The notes: generated from the letters alone by a model not told the origin. Numbered from the stretch's first letter, positions 37,609 to 46,536 are shown. The stretch is DNA of 64,000 nt from Solirubrobacterales bacterium (GCA_044446425.1 JBIOEW010000018.1:4110-68109); one strand, 5' to 3'. Program-made: numbers and translations.

Positions 37609-38780
37609 CGGTCTCCGTCGATCCCGACACGACTTTCCTCGATGCGGTCGAGCGCATCGCCGACGACGTCGCCGCTGTGCATGCCGGCGATGTCGACCGT
37701 GAGGCGCGCTTTCCCGAGGAGACGATCCAGGCGCTGCGCGACGCGCGCGCGCTGTCCGCCTTCGTTCCCACCGAGCTCGGCGGCGCCGGCGTGTCGTTCG
37801 AGGCGATCGCCTCCGCCTGCTTCGCGCTCGGACGCCGCTGCGGCGCGAGCGCGATGGTCTTTGCGATGCACCAGATCCAGATCGTCACGATCGCGCGGCA
37901 TCTGGAGCAGGCGCCGTGGTTCGAGGACTATCTGCGCAACGTCGCCGATGAGCAGCGTCTGGTCGCCTCGGTGACGTCCGAGATCGGCACCGGCGGCGAC
38001 ATGGGGCGCTCGGTTGCCGCGGTCACGCCGGCGAGCGACGGCACCCTCACGTTCGAGAAGAAGGCGCCGACCGTGAGCTACGGGGCGTACGCCGACGATC
38101 TGCTCACCACTTTGCGGCGCACTCCCGACGCGGAGCCGAGCGACCAGGTCCTCGTGCTCAGCCGCCGCGAGCAGATCGAGCTCGAGCCGACCGGCACGTG
38201 GGACCCGCTCGGCATGCGCGGCACGTGCTCTCCGGGCTACGTCGTGCGTGCCACATTCCAGCCCGAGCAGGTGCTCACTACGCCATTCCCGAAGGTGTCC
38301 GTCGAGTCGATGGTGCCCGTTTCGCACATCCTCTGGTCGCACCTCTGGCTCGGCATCGCGACCGACGCTTTCGATCGTGCCCGCGCCTTCGTGCGCGCCG
38401 CGGCCAAGCAGAAGCCGGGCCAGCCACCGCCGACGGCCGTGCGCCTGTCACACCTGATGAGCGAGCTCTCGCTGCTGCGCGCCGAGGTCGGCTCGGGGCT
38501 GCGCGGGTTCGTCGAGGCATCGGCGGAGCCCGACCGCGAGAGCCTCTCGACGATGGCCTCACAGTTGCGTTTCAACAACCTGAAGATCGCCGCCTCCGAG
38601 CAGGCGCCGCGCGTCTGTCAGGGCGCGATGGGCGTCTGCGGGATCATGGGCTTCAAGAACGACACGCCGTTCAGCGTCGGACGCCACCTGCGCGACACCA
38701 TGTCCGCCTGCCTGATGGTCGCCAACGAACGCATCCATCAGACCAACGCGAGCCTGCTGCTGATCGCCAAGGACGTCTGA
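37605..38780 (+). CDS. Acyl-CoA/ACP dehydrogenase-family flavoprotein
   Basis: ATG overlaps the carrier stop; VDREARFP, PTELGG, SAMVFAMH, SVTSE.GTGGD, WDPLGMRGTCS, R.LRD; C-terminal LMVANERI instead of IYEGT. Confidence 0.88.
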   Translation: MTVSVDPDTTFLDAVERIADDVAAVHAGDVDREARFPEETIQALRDARALSAFVPTELGGAGVSFEAIASACFALGRRCGASAMVFAMHQIQIVTIARHLEQAPWFEDYLRNVADEQRLVASVTSEIGTGGDMGRSVAAVTPASDGTLTFEKKAPTVSYGAYADDLLTTLRRTPDAEPSDQVLVLSRREQIELEPTGTWDPLGMRGTCSPGYVVRATFQPEQVLTTPFPKVSVESMVPVSHILWSHLWLGIATDAFDRARAFVRAAAKQKPGQPPPTAVRLSHLMSELSLLRAEVGSGLRGFVEASAEPDRESLSTMASQLRFNNLKIAASEQAPRVCQGAMGVCGIMGFKNDTPFSVGRHLRDTMSACLMVANERIHQTNASLLLIAKDV

Positions 38781-39709
38781 TGGCCGAGCTGCGCCCGGCC
38801 ACGGTCGAGCAGGCCGAGTTCAGCGCCGAGCTCGTCGAGCGCGGCCTGCTCCTCGAGACGGGCGTTCCCGGCGTCTATGGACGCGGCGGCGACTTCGAGG
38901 AAGTGCGCGAAGCGATCGCCGCGCTCGTTACTCGCCGGGGCACTGCCGAGGATCCCGAGCAGCTTCGCTTCCCGCCGCTGTTGCCTCGCCACGATCTCGA
39001 GACCGTCGGGTATCTGAAATCCTTCCCTCACCTCGCCGGGAGCGTGTTCGCGTTCGACGGCAGCGAAGAGCAGGCAGCCGAGCAGTACGGCCGGGCCTGC
39101 CGCCACGAGGACTGGAGCGAGTTCCAGTCGATGACCGACCTCGTGCTGACCCCCGCTGCTTGCTATCCCGTGTACCCGGCGATCGCCGCGCGCGGCCGGC
39201 TGGCGCCGGGCGGCGTCACGGTCGACGCCGGCAGCGCCTACGTCTTCCGCCACGAGCCGTCGGGCGATCCGGCTCGCATGCAGATGTTCCACCAGCGTGA
39301 GATCGTGCGCATCGGCGAGCCCGAGCAGGTCGCCGACTGGCGCGAGCGGTGGCGCAATCGCGCGGTCGAGATGCTGTGCGGGATCGGGCTGGACGCGAAG
39401 CTCGACGTCGCAACCGATCCGTTCTTCGGGCGCAGCGGCCGCATGCTCGCGGCGAGCCAGCGCGAGCAGGAGCTGAAGTTCGAGGTCTCGGTGCCGATCG
39501 CCGGGCCCGAGCCGACCGCGGTCGCCTCGTTCAACTATCACCAAGACCACTTCGCCGCGGCCTACGGGATCGAGATGGCCGACGGAAGCGGAGCGCACAC
39601 GGCCTGTCTCGGCTTCGGCCTGGAGCGGATCACGCTCGCCCTGTTCCGCGCCCACGGCCTGGAGGTGGCCGCCTGGCCGGGGCCGACGCGGAGCGAGCTG
39701 TGGGGGTGA
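38780..39709 (+). CDS. Amino acid--[acyl-carrier-protein] ligase (atypical SerRS catalytic-core homolog lacking tRNA-binding domain)
   Basis: ~309 aa; GYLKSFPHL, PAACYPVYP, FRHEPS.DPARMQMFHQRE, ATDPFFGR, LKFE, SFNYHQDHF, HTACLGFGLERI (class II motifs, Zn-binding Cys); ATG overlaps the upstream TGA. Confidence 0.92.
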   Translation: MAELRPATVEQAEFSAELVERGLLLETGVPGVYGRGGDFEEVREAIAALVTRRGTAEDPEQLRFPPLLPRHDLETVGYLKSFPHLAGSVFAFDGSEEQAAEQYGRACRHEDWSEFQSMTDLVLTPAACYPVYPAIAARGRLAPGGVTVDAGSAYVFRHEPSGDPARMQMFHQREIVRIGEPEQVADWRERWRNRAVEMLCGIGLDAKLDVATDPFFGRSGRMLAASQREQELKFEVSVPIAGPEPTAVASFNYHQDHFAAAYGIEMADGSGAHTACLGFGLERITLALFRAHGLEVAAWPGPTRSELWG

Positions 39710-40677
39710 GCGCGACGAGCACTCGCATGGTCAGCCTGCTGGAACTCGACCCGGCCAGCTACCGATCACACCCGCTGCATGCGCCGCAGCGAACCTACAT
39801 GGAGATCAACTGCTACGCGGACATCGTGATCGAGCTGCTGCACGCGCGCGGGCTCGAGCCGCTCGCGATGATGGGAGCGACCGTGCAGATGGACTTCGAG
39901 GGCGACCAATGGACGTTCTTCAAGCCCGCGGCCGAGGACCTCGAGCGACTCTACGGGCTCGACATCCACGAGATGCAGCCCTACCGCGCGCTGCCCGACC
40001 AGATCGCCGAGCAGATCGCCGGTGGGCGCACGATCACGGTCGAGCTCGATTCGTGGTACCTGCCCGACACGGCCGCGACGAGCTATCGCGCCGAACACGT
40101 CAAGAGCTCGGTCGTCCCGGAGGCGATCGATCGCGATGCCCAGATCCTCCGCTACTTCCATGCCACGGGGCTGTACGAGCTCGCCGGCGAGGACTACCGC
40201 GGCGTCTTCCGTCTCGATACGCATAGGCCAGACGATCTGCCTCCGTACATGGAGCTGGTCCGCTTCGACGCCGGCGTCCCGTTGGGCGACGCCGCCCTGC
40301 GCGAGGCGGCACTGGAGCTGCTGCACGTCCGGCTAAAGCGACGTCCGAGCAGCAACCCGTTCGTGCGCTTCGGCGCGCGACTGGAGGAAGACCTGCCAGG
40401 GCTGCTCGCGGGCGATGCCAACGATTACCACGCCTATTCGTTCGCCACCGTGCGCATGGCGGGCTCCGCTTTCGAGGCCACGCGCTCGCACGTCGACTGG
40501 CTGTTCGGCGAAGCCGGGGCGTCCGCTCAAGACGCGCTGGGGCGGATCGTCGAAGGTTGCAAGGCGCTCTCCTTCCGCCTCGCGCGGCGGCGCAGCTTCG
40601 AGCCCGAGGAAGCGCTCGCCGGATTGGCCGCAGCTTGGGACGAGGCGATGATCAGGCTCGATGAGCTCGATCGCTGA
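39706..40677 (+). CDS. DUF1839-like protein
   Basis: NCYADIVIE, DFEGDQWTFFKP, DSWYLPDT...Y..EHVKS, YFH..G.Y.L.GEDY, PY.E, YSFATVR; this family is habitually adjacent to aa:CP ligases. GTG 39706 overlaps the ligase stop. Confidence 0.8.
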   Translation: MSATSTRMVSLLELDPASYRSHPLHAPQRTYMEINCYADIVIELLHARGLEPLAMMGATVQMDFEGDQWTFFKPAAEDLERLYGLDIHEMQPYRALPDQIAEQIAGGRTITVELDSWYLPDTAATSYRAEHVKSSVVPEAIDRDAQILRYFHATGLYELAGEDYRGVFRLDTHRPDDLPPYMELVRFDAGVPLGDAALREAALELLHVRLKRRPSSNPFVRFGARLEEDLPGLLAGDANDYHAYSFATVRMAGSAFEATRSHVDWLFGEAGASAQDALGRIVEGCKALSFRLARRRSFEPEEALAGLAAAWDEAMIRLDELDR

Positions 40678-43282
40678 GAACAGGCGCATCGGGGCCGCGC
40701 CGGCGCGAGTCCGCGTCGAGGGACACGAGCGCCGTGCGCTCACGCACGGCTGGCAGGCCGCGGCGACGCCGGCCGAGGCGGCTGTGGAGTCGCCCGAGTC
40801 GGCGACCTGGTGGCCCGCGCGGGTACCCGGCACGGCAGCCGACGCGCTGTCGCAAGCGAGCGCGTGGCAGCCGGGCGAGCCGCACGACTTCGACGCCGAG
40901 GACTGGTGGTTTCGTACGAGCTTCGAGGCCGAGCCGGCCGATCCCGGCGAGGAGGTCGTGCTTCTGCTCGAGGGGATCGCGACGGTCGCCGAGGTCTATC
41001 TGAACGGCGAGCGCGTGCTCGACAGCGAGTCGATGTTCGCCGCGCACGCGCTCGACGTCGGCTCGCTGTTGCGGCGATCGAACGAGCTGACGATCTGCTG
41101 CCGCGGCCTCGGGCCGCGCCTGCGCGTCCGCCGGCGCCCGCGCGCGCGGTGGCGCACGCGCCTGGTCGCCGACGGCAACCTGCGCTTCTTTCGCACGATG
41201 CTGCTCGGCCGTGCCCCGGGCTTCGCGCCCGGTCCGGCCGCAGTCGGGCCCTGGCGCGAGGTTTCGCTGGAGCGCCGCCGGCGCGTCGTAGTCGACGCGC
41301 TGTCGCTGCGCCCGAGCGTCGATCGCGCCGACGGCCGCCTCATCGTCGAGGCTAGCCTGCGGCGTCTCGAGCACGCACCGCAACCGACGAGCGTGGAGCT
41401 CGAGCTCTCGCGCGGGTCACAGAGTTGGCGTGCCCCGCTGGCCGTCGCCGAGGACGACGGAGCAGTCCGCTGCGTGGGCGAGCTGAAGGTGCCCGACGTC
41501 GCGCTGTGGTGGCCGCATACACACGGCGAGCCGGCGACGTATCAGACACGGCTGCTGCTCGGCGACGGAAAGGAGCGGATCTCAGTCGACGCCGGGCGTG
41601 TCGGGTTTCGCGAACTCGCCCCGGGACCGACTCCCGACCACGACGTGCTCGAGCGCGGGCTCGACCTGCACCTCAACGGCACGCGCGTATTCGCGCGCGG
41701 ATGCGTGTGGACGCCGATCGACGCCGTCGGCCTCGCGCCATCGCCGGCGCAGCTGCGCGCGGCGTTGCAGCAGGTTCGCGACGCCGGCATGAACCTCCTG
41801 CGAATCCCCGGCACGAGTGCGTATGAGAGCGCCGCCTTCCACGACCTCTGTGACGAGTTGGGTCTGCTCGTGTGGCAGGACTTCATGTTCGCCAACCTCG
41901 ACTATCCGATCGCCGACCCCGCCTTCCGCGAGACCGTCACGCACGAGCTCCGCGAAAGGCTGACCGACCTGGCCGGGAGGCCGAGCCTCGCGGTGCTCTG
42001 CGGCAACAGCGAGATCGAGCAGCAGGTCGCCATGCTCGGGCTCGAGCCGTCGCTTGGGCGCGGCGAGCTGTTCGGCGAGCTGCTCCCGGCGCTCGTGCGA
42101 GAGAGCGGTATCGACGCGATCTACGTGCCGTCGGCGCCGTGCGGCGGAGATCGGCCGTTCAGGACCGATCGCGGCGTCAGCAACTACTACGGCGTGGGCG
42201 GCTACATGCGCCCGCTGCAGGACGCGCGACGCGCGCAGGTCCGATTCGCGGCAGAGTGCCTGGCGTTCTCGAACGTCCCCGACGAGGCAGCGGTCGAAGA
42301 GATGCTCCCCGACGCACCTCGGCAGCTGGTCGTGCACCATCCGCGTTGGAAGCAGGGCGTTCCGCGGGACTCCGGCAGCGGCTGGGACTTCGAGGACGTT
42401 CGCGATCATTACCTGCAGCTGCTGTTCGAGCTCGACCCGGTGCAACTACGTCGCGTCGATCACGAGCGCTACCTCGAGCTCTCGCGGGCGGTCAGCGGCG
42501 AGGTGATGGCCGAGGTGTTCGGCGAGTGGCGGCGGGCGGCCTCACCGTGTGGCGGCGGTCTCGTGCTTTGGCTGCGCGACCTCGCGGCCGGTGCCGGCTG
42601 GGGCGTCGTCGATCACCGCGGCGAGCCGAAGGTCGCCTATCACCACCTGCGCCGCGCGCTGGCGCCGCTCGCCGTGTGGATGACCGACGAGGGGCTCAAC
42701 GGCGTCGGCGCCCACGTCGCGAACGATCTGCCCGAGCCACTGAGCGCGCGCCTTCGCGTGAGCCTGTACCGCGACCTGGAGCTGCAGGTGCACGAGGCCT
42801 CCGAGACGATCGAGCTGCCTGGGCGCTCGCAGGCGGCGTACGACGTCGAGCAGCTGCTCGGTCACTTCGTCGACGCCTCGTGGGCGTACCGCTTCGGTCC
42901 GCCCCCGCACGACCTGCTGGTGGCCAGCCTCGAACGCCAGGGCGAGCAGGGCGACGAGCTCGTCTCGCAGTCCGTCCGCTTCCCGGCGGGGCGGCCCGTG
43001 GCGAGCGAGAGCGCTGAGCGTCTCGGCCTCGCCGCAGTGGCCGAGACGCTTGCCGACGCCACCGTGCGCGTACGCGTGCAGAGCCGTCGTTTCGCCTACG
43101 GGGTGCGTGTCCACGCACCGGGCTTCATCGCGGATGACGATGCATTCTCGATCGAGCCGCAGGGCGAGCGAATCGTGCGGCTGCGCCCGCGCGAGCTCGC
43201 CGGCGACTACTCCGGCGGAGCGCTGACAGCGCTGAACCTCGAGGGGCGCCTGCGCATCCAGACGCAGGACGACTCGGGATGA
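40661..43282 (+). CDS. Glycoside hydrolase family 2, beta-mannosidase-like, no signal peptide
   Basis: VPGT, GIATVAEVYLNG, SMF, VGPWREV, LWWPHTHGEP, FARG..W, GMNLLR, CDELGLLVWQDFMFA, CGNSE (acid/base), RFAAEC (nucleophile). Confidence 0.9.
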   Translation: MSSIAENRRIGAAPARVRVEGHERRALTHGWQAAATPAEAAVESPESATWWPARVPGTAADALSQASAWQPGEPHDFDAEDWWFRTSFEAEPADPGEEVVLLLEGIATVAEVYLNGERVLDSESMFAAHALDVGSLLRRSNELTICCRGLGPRLRVRRRPRARWRTRLVADGNLRFFRTMLLGRAPGFAPGPAAVGPWREVSLERRRRVVVDALSLRPSVDRADGRLIVEASLRRLEHAPQPTSVELELSRGSQSWRAPLAVAEDDGAVRCVGELKVPDVALWWPHTHGEPATYQTRLLLGDGKERISVDAGRVGFRELAPGPTPDHDVLERGLDLHLNGTRVFARGCVWTPIDAVGLAPSPAQLRAALQQVRDAGMNLLRIPGTSAYESAAFHDLCDELGLLVWQDFMFANLDYPIADPAFRETVTHELRERLTDLAGRPSLAVLCGNSEIEQQVAMLGLEPSLGRGELFGELLPALVRESGIDAIYVPSAPCGGDRPFRTDRGVSNYYGVGGYMRPLQDARRAQVRFAAECLAFSNVPDEAAVEEMLPDAPRQLVVHHPRWKQGVPRDSGSGWDFEDVRDHYLQLLFELDPVQLRRVDHERYLELSRAVSGEVMAEVFGEWRRAASPCGGGLVLWLRDLAAGAGWGVVDHRGEPKVAYHHLRRALAPLAVWMTDEGLNGVGAHVANDLPEPLSARLRVSLYRDLELQVHEASETIELPGRSQAAYDVEQLLGHFVDASWAYRFGPPPHDLLVASLERQGEQGDELVSQSVRFPAGRPVASESAERLGLAAVAETLADATVRVRVQSRRFAYGVRVHAPGFIADDDAFSIEPQGERIVRLRPRELAGDYSGGALTALNLEGRLRIQTQDDSG

Positions 43283-45207
43283 GCTCCGCCTCCGCCCCGG
43301 CCGCCGTACCGCTCTACCTGCACGACGGGCGCGACCCCGTGTTCGGCATCTTCCACGCGCCCGCGCAGGGCAGCGGCGACACGGCGGTGCTGATCTGTCC
43401 ACCGTTCGGCTGGGACGAGACCTGCTCCTACCGCAGCCGGCGCGACTGGGCGCGGCGGCTCGCCGACGAAGGCTTCCCCTGCCTGCGCATCGACCTGCCC
43501 GGCACCGGCGACAGCGGCGGCTCTGCGCACGACGAGCGGCGGCTCGCGACGTGGACGGACGCCGTCGACTCCGCCGTCGCCGAGCTGCGCGCGATCACCG
43601 GCTGCACACGCGTGGCCGCGATCGGCATCGGTTTGGGCGGCCTGCTGATCTGCGACGCGATCTCCCACGGAGCGGCGATCGAGGATGTCGTGCTGTGGGC
43701 GACGCCGGGGCGCGGGCGCACGTTGCTGCGCGAGCTGCGCACGTTCGCGAGCCTCGAAGACTCCGAGCTCGTGCCGCCTTCGGACGAAGCGCTGACCCCC
43801 TCGGTGACGGCGGAGGGCGAGGTGTGGGTAGGCGGATTCGTGCTGACGCCCGAGACGGCCGAGGCGCTGGAAGGGCTCGACGTCAGCAAGCTGACGCTCC
43901 CCGACGGCCTGCCCCGTCGCGCCCTGCTGCTCGGCAGAGACGGGATCGCCGTCGACAAGCGACTGCGCGAGCGGATGGAGGCGGCGGGCGCGAGCGTGAC
44001 GCTCTCTGCGGGCGACGGCTACGGCGAGATGATGGCTCGCCCACACGATGCTCTCTCCCCGGTCGCCGTGTTCGCAGAAGTCTCGCAGTGGCTGAAGGCG
44101 AACACGTCGACGACGGAGCCGCCCACGGCGCCCGAGCAGCCGCGCGAGCAGACCGCGACGCGGGTGCAGGCCCCCCCGGCGCCTGCACCGCCCGCACCCC
44201 AGACGCATCCGGCACCCCAGACGTACCCGGCGCACCACACGCACCCGGCGCACCAGACGCGTACCTCGAACTCGATCGAGCTCGAGATCGACGGCGCGCG
44301 CATCCGCGAGACTCCGATCACGATCGCACAGCCCTTCGGCGAGCTGTTCGGCGTGCTCGCCGAGCCGCTGGGCGGGTCTGACGGCGACACGTGCGCGGTG
44401 CTGCTCAACGCCGGCGCGATCAGGCGGATCGGGCCCAACCGAATGTGGGTGGAGGCGGCGCGCCGCTGGTCGGCGCTCGGGATGCCGACCGTGCGACTCG
44501 ATCTCGAGGGAATCGGCGATGCCGACGGAGACAGCGGCGCGTTCGGCGAGATGGCCGGACTCTACGTTCCCGAGCTCGTCGATCAGCTGCGCGGCGCGCT
44601 CGACCGACTCGCTGCGCTCGGCTACGGCCCGCGCTTCTTGCTCGCCGGCCTCTGCTCGGGCGCCTTCTGGGCCTTCCACGCGGCGCTCACCGACGAGCGA
44701 GTGGTCGCGGCGTACCTGCTCAACCCGCGCGCGCTGTTCTGGGATCCGACGTTGGACGTGACTCGCGAGGTGAGGAAAGCGGTCCTGCGTTCGTCCGCAT
44801 GGCGCAGGGTGCTGCGCGGCGAAATCCCGGTGGAGCGGATGGCCGGGCTGGCGTATCACACGCCCGGCGTGTTCGCCCGGCGTGCGGTCGCACGCGTGGC
44901 TCGGCGCGCGGCACGGCAGACTCGGGGCGGCGATCGGCTGGATCTCGCATTCGACCAGCTGCGCGACGAGGGCAAGCAGATCGAGTTGATGTTCTCCTCG
45001 GGCGAGCCGCTTTATGAAGAGCTCGAGAGCGAAGGTCGCCTTGACCGCCTCGAGAAATGGCCGAACATGAGCGTCGAGCTGATCGCCGGCAACATCCATA
45101 CGCTGCGCTCGGCCGAAGCACAGGCGAGCGCGCACCAAGCGCTCGATCGGGCGCTCGACCTCGAACTGCGGCGCGCGCTCGACGACGTGCTGTCGGAGGC
45201 GTCTTAG
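43279..45207 (+). CDS. Tandem (two-domain) alpha/beta-hydrolase-fold protein, putative acyltransferase/thioesterase
   Basis: Domain 1 LICPPFGWD..CSYRS, RIDLPGTGDS, elbow GIGLGG; domain 2 LLNAGA.RRIGPNR, RLDLEGIGDA, elbow GLCSGA; Pro/His linker. Confidence 0.82.
   Translation: MSSASAPAAVPLYLHDGRDPVFGIFHAPAQGSGDTAVLICPPFGWDETCSYRSRRDWARRLADEGFPCLRIDLPGTGDSGGSAHDERRLATWTDAVDSAVAELRAITGCTRVAAIGIGLGGLLICDAISHGAAIEDVVLWATPGRGRTLLRELRTFASLEDSELVPPSDEALTPSVTAEGEVWVGGFVLTPETAEALEGLDVSKLTLPDGLPRRALLLGRDGIAVDKRLRERMEAAGASVTLSAGDGYGEMMARPHDALSPVAVFAEVSQWLKANTSTTEPPTAPEQPREQTATRVQAPPAPAPPAPQTHPAPQTYPAHHTHPAHQTRTSNSIELEIDGARIRETPITIAQPFGELFGVLAEPLGGSDGDTCAVLLNAGAIRRIGPNRMWVEAARRWSALGMPTVRLDLEGIGDADGDSGAFGEMAGLYVPELVDQLRGALDRLAALGYGPRFLLAGLCSGAFWAFHAALTDERVVAAYLLNPRALFWDPTLDVTREVRKAVLRSSAWRRVLRGEIPVERMAGLAYHTPGVFARRAVARVARRAARQTRGGDRLDLAFDQLRDEGKQIELMFSSGEPLYEELESEGRLDRLEKWPNMSVELIAGNIHTLRSAEAQASAHQALDRALDLELRRALDDVLSEAS
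44200..44260 (+). repeat. In-frame 18-bp tandem repeat (~3.4 copies) encoding QTHPAP/QTYPAH/HTHPAH linker
   Basis: cagacgcatccggcaccc cagacgtacccggcgcac cacacgcacccggcgcac cagacgc. Confidence 0.8.
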
Positions 45208-45647
45208 GTGGTGCGGATGATCAGTACCGAACAGGGTGCATGGTGAGAGACCTTGTTCGGCACGGATCCCAGCAGGAACCGCTTGGCGCCGGTCATTCCC
45301 TTGTTGCCGACGATGATCAGGTCGGCCTCGCGCTCCTCGGCGACGTCGAGGATCGCGTCGGCCGGATCTCCCTGGCGCGGGTGCACCTCCACCTCGACGC
45401 CCGCATCACGCGCGATGCTCGCCGCCGCCTCGAGCGTCGCGTCGACATCCTCGCGCGGGTTGATCGCCCACTGTAGATCCTCCGGCGCTTGGCGGCGTTC
45501 CTCGCTCAGCCGCTGCTCGGAGACCGGCGAGTATGCGCTCACCAGCTCCAGCTTGGCGCCGACGGCGCCGGCCAGATCGACCGCCTGGCGCACCGCCTGG
45601 GCGGCGGTGTCAGACCCATCGGTGCCAACCACGATCGACCGGAACAT
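45204..45647 (-). CDS. Universal stress protein (UspA family)
   Basis: IVVGTDGS, GDPADAIL, DLIIVGNKG...LLGSVPNKVSHHAPCSVLI; GAGGAG RBS. Confidence 0.93.
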   Translation of the reverse strand: MFRSIVVGTDGSDTAAQAVRQAVDLAGAVGAKLELVSAYSPVSEQRLSEERRQAPEDLQWAINPREDVDATLEAAASIARDAGVEVEVHPRQGDPADAILDVAEEREADLIIVGNKGMTGAKRFLLGSVPNKVSHHAPCSVLIIRTT

Positions 45648-45741
45648 GTGTCTCCTCGCCTATCTAGACGCCTGTACAACGATGCGCGGATCATATCCGG
45701 GTGGCGAGACCGCGTGCCGGTCCACGTAAGGTCTAACGACG

Positions 45742-46536
45742 ATGATCGACCTGCACTGCCACGTCCTCGCGGGCATCGACGACGGCGCCGCAACGGTCGA
45801 GGACTCGGTCGCGCTCGCACGCTGCGCGCGTGACCGCGGCATCGAGACGATCGTCGCCACGCCGCACGTCAGCTGGCACTACGACAACGGCGCCGAGACG
45901 ATCGCCCGGCTGGTGGCGCAGACGAACGCCGCGTTCGACGCAGCCGGCGTGGGCGTGAGCGTCGTCGCCGGCGCTGAGATCGCGATGACGCGAGCGGTCG
46001 ACCTCCGCGACGAGGAGCTCGCGAAGCTGACCTTGGGCGGCGGGCGTTGGCTGCTGCTCGAGTGTCCGTTCAGCTCGTCCATCGCCGGCCTCGACTCACT
46101 CGCGCTGGATCTGCAGGACGAGGGCTACGGTGTCGTGCTGGCCCACCCCGAGCGCTGTCCGGCATTCGCGAGCGATCCCATCGTGCTCGAGTCGCTCGTG
46201 CGCGCCGGAGTCCTTACGTCGATCACAGCAGGGTCGCTGATCGGGCGCTTCGGCGGGACGGTCGCCCGTTTCGCAAACGAATTGATGGAGGCCGAACTGG
46301 TGCACAACGTGGCCTCCGACGCCCACGACCTCGAGCGCCGGCAGCCGGGGATGGCGGCCGAGCTCGAGCAGGCCGGCTTCGCCGCCCTTACGAGCTGGCT
46401 GGCGCAGGACGTGCCCGCCGCGATCCTCTCGGGCGCGGAGGGGATTCCGCCCCGCCCGCACGTGACGATCCGCGCCGCCAGGCCACCGCGGCCACGCAGA
46501 TGGTGGCGGCGAGGGTTGCTCAAGCAAGCCTCGTGA
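45742..46536 (+). CDS. CpsB/CapC-type PHP protein-tyrosine phosphatase
   Basis: MIDLHCHVLAGIDDGA, ATPH, GAE, LLLE, LAHPER, ASDAH. Confidence 0.92.
   Translation: MIDLHCHVLAGIDDGAATVEDSVALARCARDRGIETIVATPHVSWHYDNGAETIARLVAQTNAAFDAAGVGVSVVAGAEIAMTRAVDLRDEELAKLTLGGGRWLLLECPFSSSIAGLDSLALDLQDEGYGVVLAHPERCPAFASDPIVLESLVRAGVLTSITAGSLIGRFGGTVARFANELMEAELVHNVASDAHDLERRQPGMAAELEQAGFAALTSWLAQDVPAAILSGAEGIPPRPHVTIRAARPPRPRRWWRRGLLKQAS

Noticed and set aside
38780-39709. Housekeeping seryl-tRNA synthetase
   Set aside because: Only ~309 aa, no tRNA-binding domain, and coupled to a carrier protein; fits an aa:CP ligase.
36943-45207. Classical NRPS/PKS secondary-metabolite cluster
   Set aside because: No condensation, ketosynthase or ANL adenylation domains present.
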